Origin: Fimbriosthenelais zetlandica
Lineage: Eukaryota
DNA: 64,000 bases
Assembly (NCBI GenBank): GCA_977030845.1
Contig: OZ365112.1
Location: 18,600,001-18,664,000 of the forward strand
Direction of reading: 5' to 3'
Shown: positions 61,901 through 64,000 of the stretch, piece after piece
Numbering within the stretch: position 1 is the first letter of the stretch
Layout: each line of letters opens with the position of its first letter
Notes under the pieces: generated by a model
Database searches by the model: none
Told to the model about the DNA's origin: nothing
The model's input: the letters and a program-made list of their open reading frames with translations, nothing else
Translations under genes and position numbers: made by a program

Positions 61901-64000
61901 AAGTTTCTTAATCAGAACTGTCAGCATATCAAATGTCCAGGTATTAAAAAGTGAGAGAGAATCTCCACTAAGTTAAAACATCAGAGGGGTTGTATCTAGC
62001 TGATATAAGCCTGGTAAAGTTAACATAAAGCTGGGTTTCTATTTATGTATGTAGGCAGAGCTAAGTATGGTCTTGCATGTAGTGAGATGTAACAAGCTGT
62101 AAGCTGAAGCTGAGGCGGGTCTGACTGTGGGCAGAAGTAGCCGTGATGCTTGACAGGCCGACATCAAAGCCAGGCTGATTGGCGGTGGTGGTGGCAGTAT
62201 CATCTTCCTCACAAGCCTCGCCAATCAATCCCCTCTCCCTCGCCCCTTCCCCACCACTCCCTACATCATTTATTTGTGGATTCCTGTACTTATGCCGAGG
62301 AATTAATCAGGTGTGAAACACGCCCTAGGTGGGAAGAAGGAGATCGACACCTGGTAAAGATTGTCAATAGTTAAAAGGTGAGCAGGCCTTTTACTTGTCA
62401 TATTCAATAAAAGAGTAGCTCAGAAAGAGATTTTTTTTGTTTCTTAAAGATAGTTCTGTGTTCTTTTGTTTTCATATTTCTACTTTTTGAGGGGACGTCA
62501 TCATACAGAGAGGGCATTTATGAAAGGATGAACACTTATATAAGTGAGTTAATGATTGATTAATGTTCAGTACTGAATCAATCCACGTCAGGGGTACAGT
62601 ATAGTAGATATGTGAGTGTGCTATACCACCATTATAATGGCTGGGGGTATTTTGTGAGTAATGACACATTTTATACAGATGGTGCTTATCGAGACAGATG
62701 GATGTACCAGTATAATATGAGCCTGGAATTGGGTGTACCAGTTTGACCCCGACAAAGTCAAGTCAGTGATATATGTAGCCAAGTATCCGGGATCCATACT
62801 CCCGCCATGTCACACACAGACTTCTCCCACCACCTCTCCCCTGGCCTGAGGTCGGGAACACTCTATTCTGTCTAGGACCCCAGATATGGGTCTTTAGAGT
62901 TCTGATCGGACTTGGTTGAGAACACTTCAGTGGGATTTAGATCTCATGTTTCATACCAGCTTTCATCGCCTTGGCTAGTCTGGTGTAGACATGTCTCTAT
63001 ACAAACTGTCTCCTCTGATACTTAAATAAAGATCCTGTGTCTCCATCAACTTTATCAATATACTCTAGATAAAGACGTTTATCAAGCCAGATATGATATG
63101 ATGTCCCTATTCAATGATAGAGAGATTTCAATGAGATTATGGGATTGCTATTTTACTCTCATGTGCATGAATTTTGGGGGAACCTTTATTAAAGAGTGAA
63201 AGTCAATATTCCCCATTTTAAATATATACCCTGGAGGTACTTCACAAACACATTAGTCACGAGTCTGTACCGTTTAGATAGCTCATACATATCTCTTTAG
63301 GTTTCAAGCACATATGTACATATTACACACTTGCACACTGATCGATATTTACCGAGACAACCCGAGTAGCGGCATGCTGATTGAAGTCTGTAATCGGCAG
63401 CCTTATTAATGGATTACAAAGCCCCATTCTCCATGCATTGCAGCACTATAACAGTCGACGCTGATTCACGCAAAGACTCCCAAAGGCAGATTAATGCAAT
63501 AAAAACCAGATTATCTTTTCATTTACATTCTTCTTCCAAAGGAATAGGGAGGGATAGGGCCAGGAATTGCACTATTCATTTTTTTCCTGATCAGCAGACT
63601 GCTTCATTATCCAGCAATGTTATCAATGCAGGCCAAATGATAAGTTAGACGCAGATTTATCACTCATCTATTCATATCATATCTCATGACTAATACTATT
63701 AATTGTTTGATAAACTATTTCTCGCCATGAATATAGCCTTAGCAGCTGGCATGGCGTTAAGTCACCATTCATTCATTCATTTCATGACTAATACACCTCA
63801 ATCACTGGTGAATATGTATCCACTATAACTGAGGTAAGCCTGTTCCCCTCAATCCATGAAGGAGCAGAGCTACTCCCATCACATTCTGCCATATATATGC
63901 AACATTCCTCCTCTCAATAGTAGATATACCGGTACGCTGATGAAACTGTTATCTCTTTCATAAAGAGGAACATACCGGTATATTGAACTGATATGAAAGT

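Noticed and set aside
28-62560. Pbx/Hox-type TGATTGAT octamers (about 8 in both orientations)
   Set aside because: Only about twice the rough expectation for this base composition; not significant without conservation data.

Overview
Intron-containing animal (invertebrate-like, probably lophotrochozoan; inference) genomic DNA with four protein-coding genes, reconstructed by hand from splice sites and reading phases. (1) The first two coding exons of a TMEM72-like membrane protein gene (- strand; 21898-22000 and 4556-4616) are separated by a ~17.3-kb intron; the rest of the gene was not found and probably lies off the left edge. (2) A complete 10-exon mitochondrial pyruvate dehydrogenase kinase (PDK, - strand, 24172-31219). 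(3) A complete 3-exon SEM1/DSS1 gene (+ strand, 32024-32822), head-to-head with PDK. (4) A chimaerin (CHN1/2-like SH2-C1-RhoGAP, - strand, 37687-45750), tail-to-tail with SEM1, whose 5' exons were not found and probably lie off the right edge. Other elements: a ~830-bp TIR-bounded non-autonomous DNA transposon carrying a fold-back hairpin, two minisatellites and a possible tRNA-derived relic. No CRISPR array, rRNA, intact tRNA or intact transposon ORF was seen, and most supplied ORFs are spurious. The most interesting signals are: a ~310-330-bp periodic array in the PDK-SEM1 divergent promoter with an 81/81-bp identical core bounded by minus-strand splice signals; a duplicated C1-entry motif (EKxHNFK) in chimaerin that suggests a GC donor and an SH2-less isoform; and PDK-SEM1-CHN linkage that mirrors the vertebrate Hox/Dlx paralogon.
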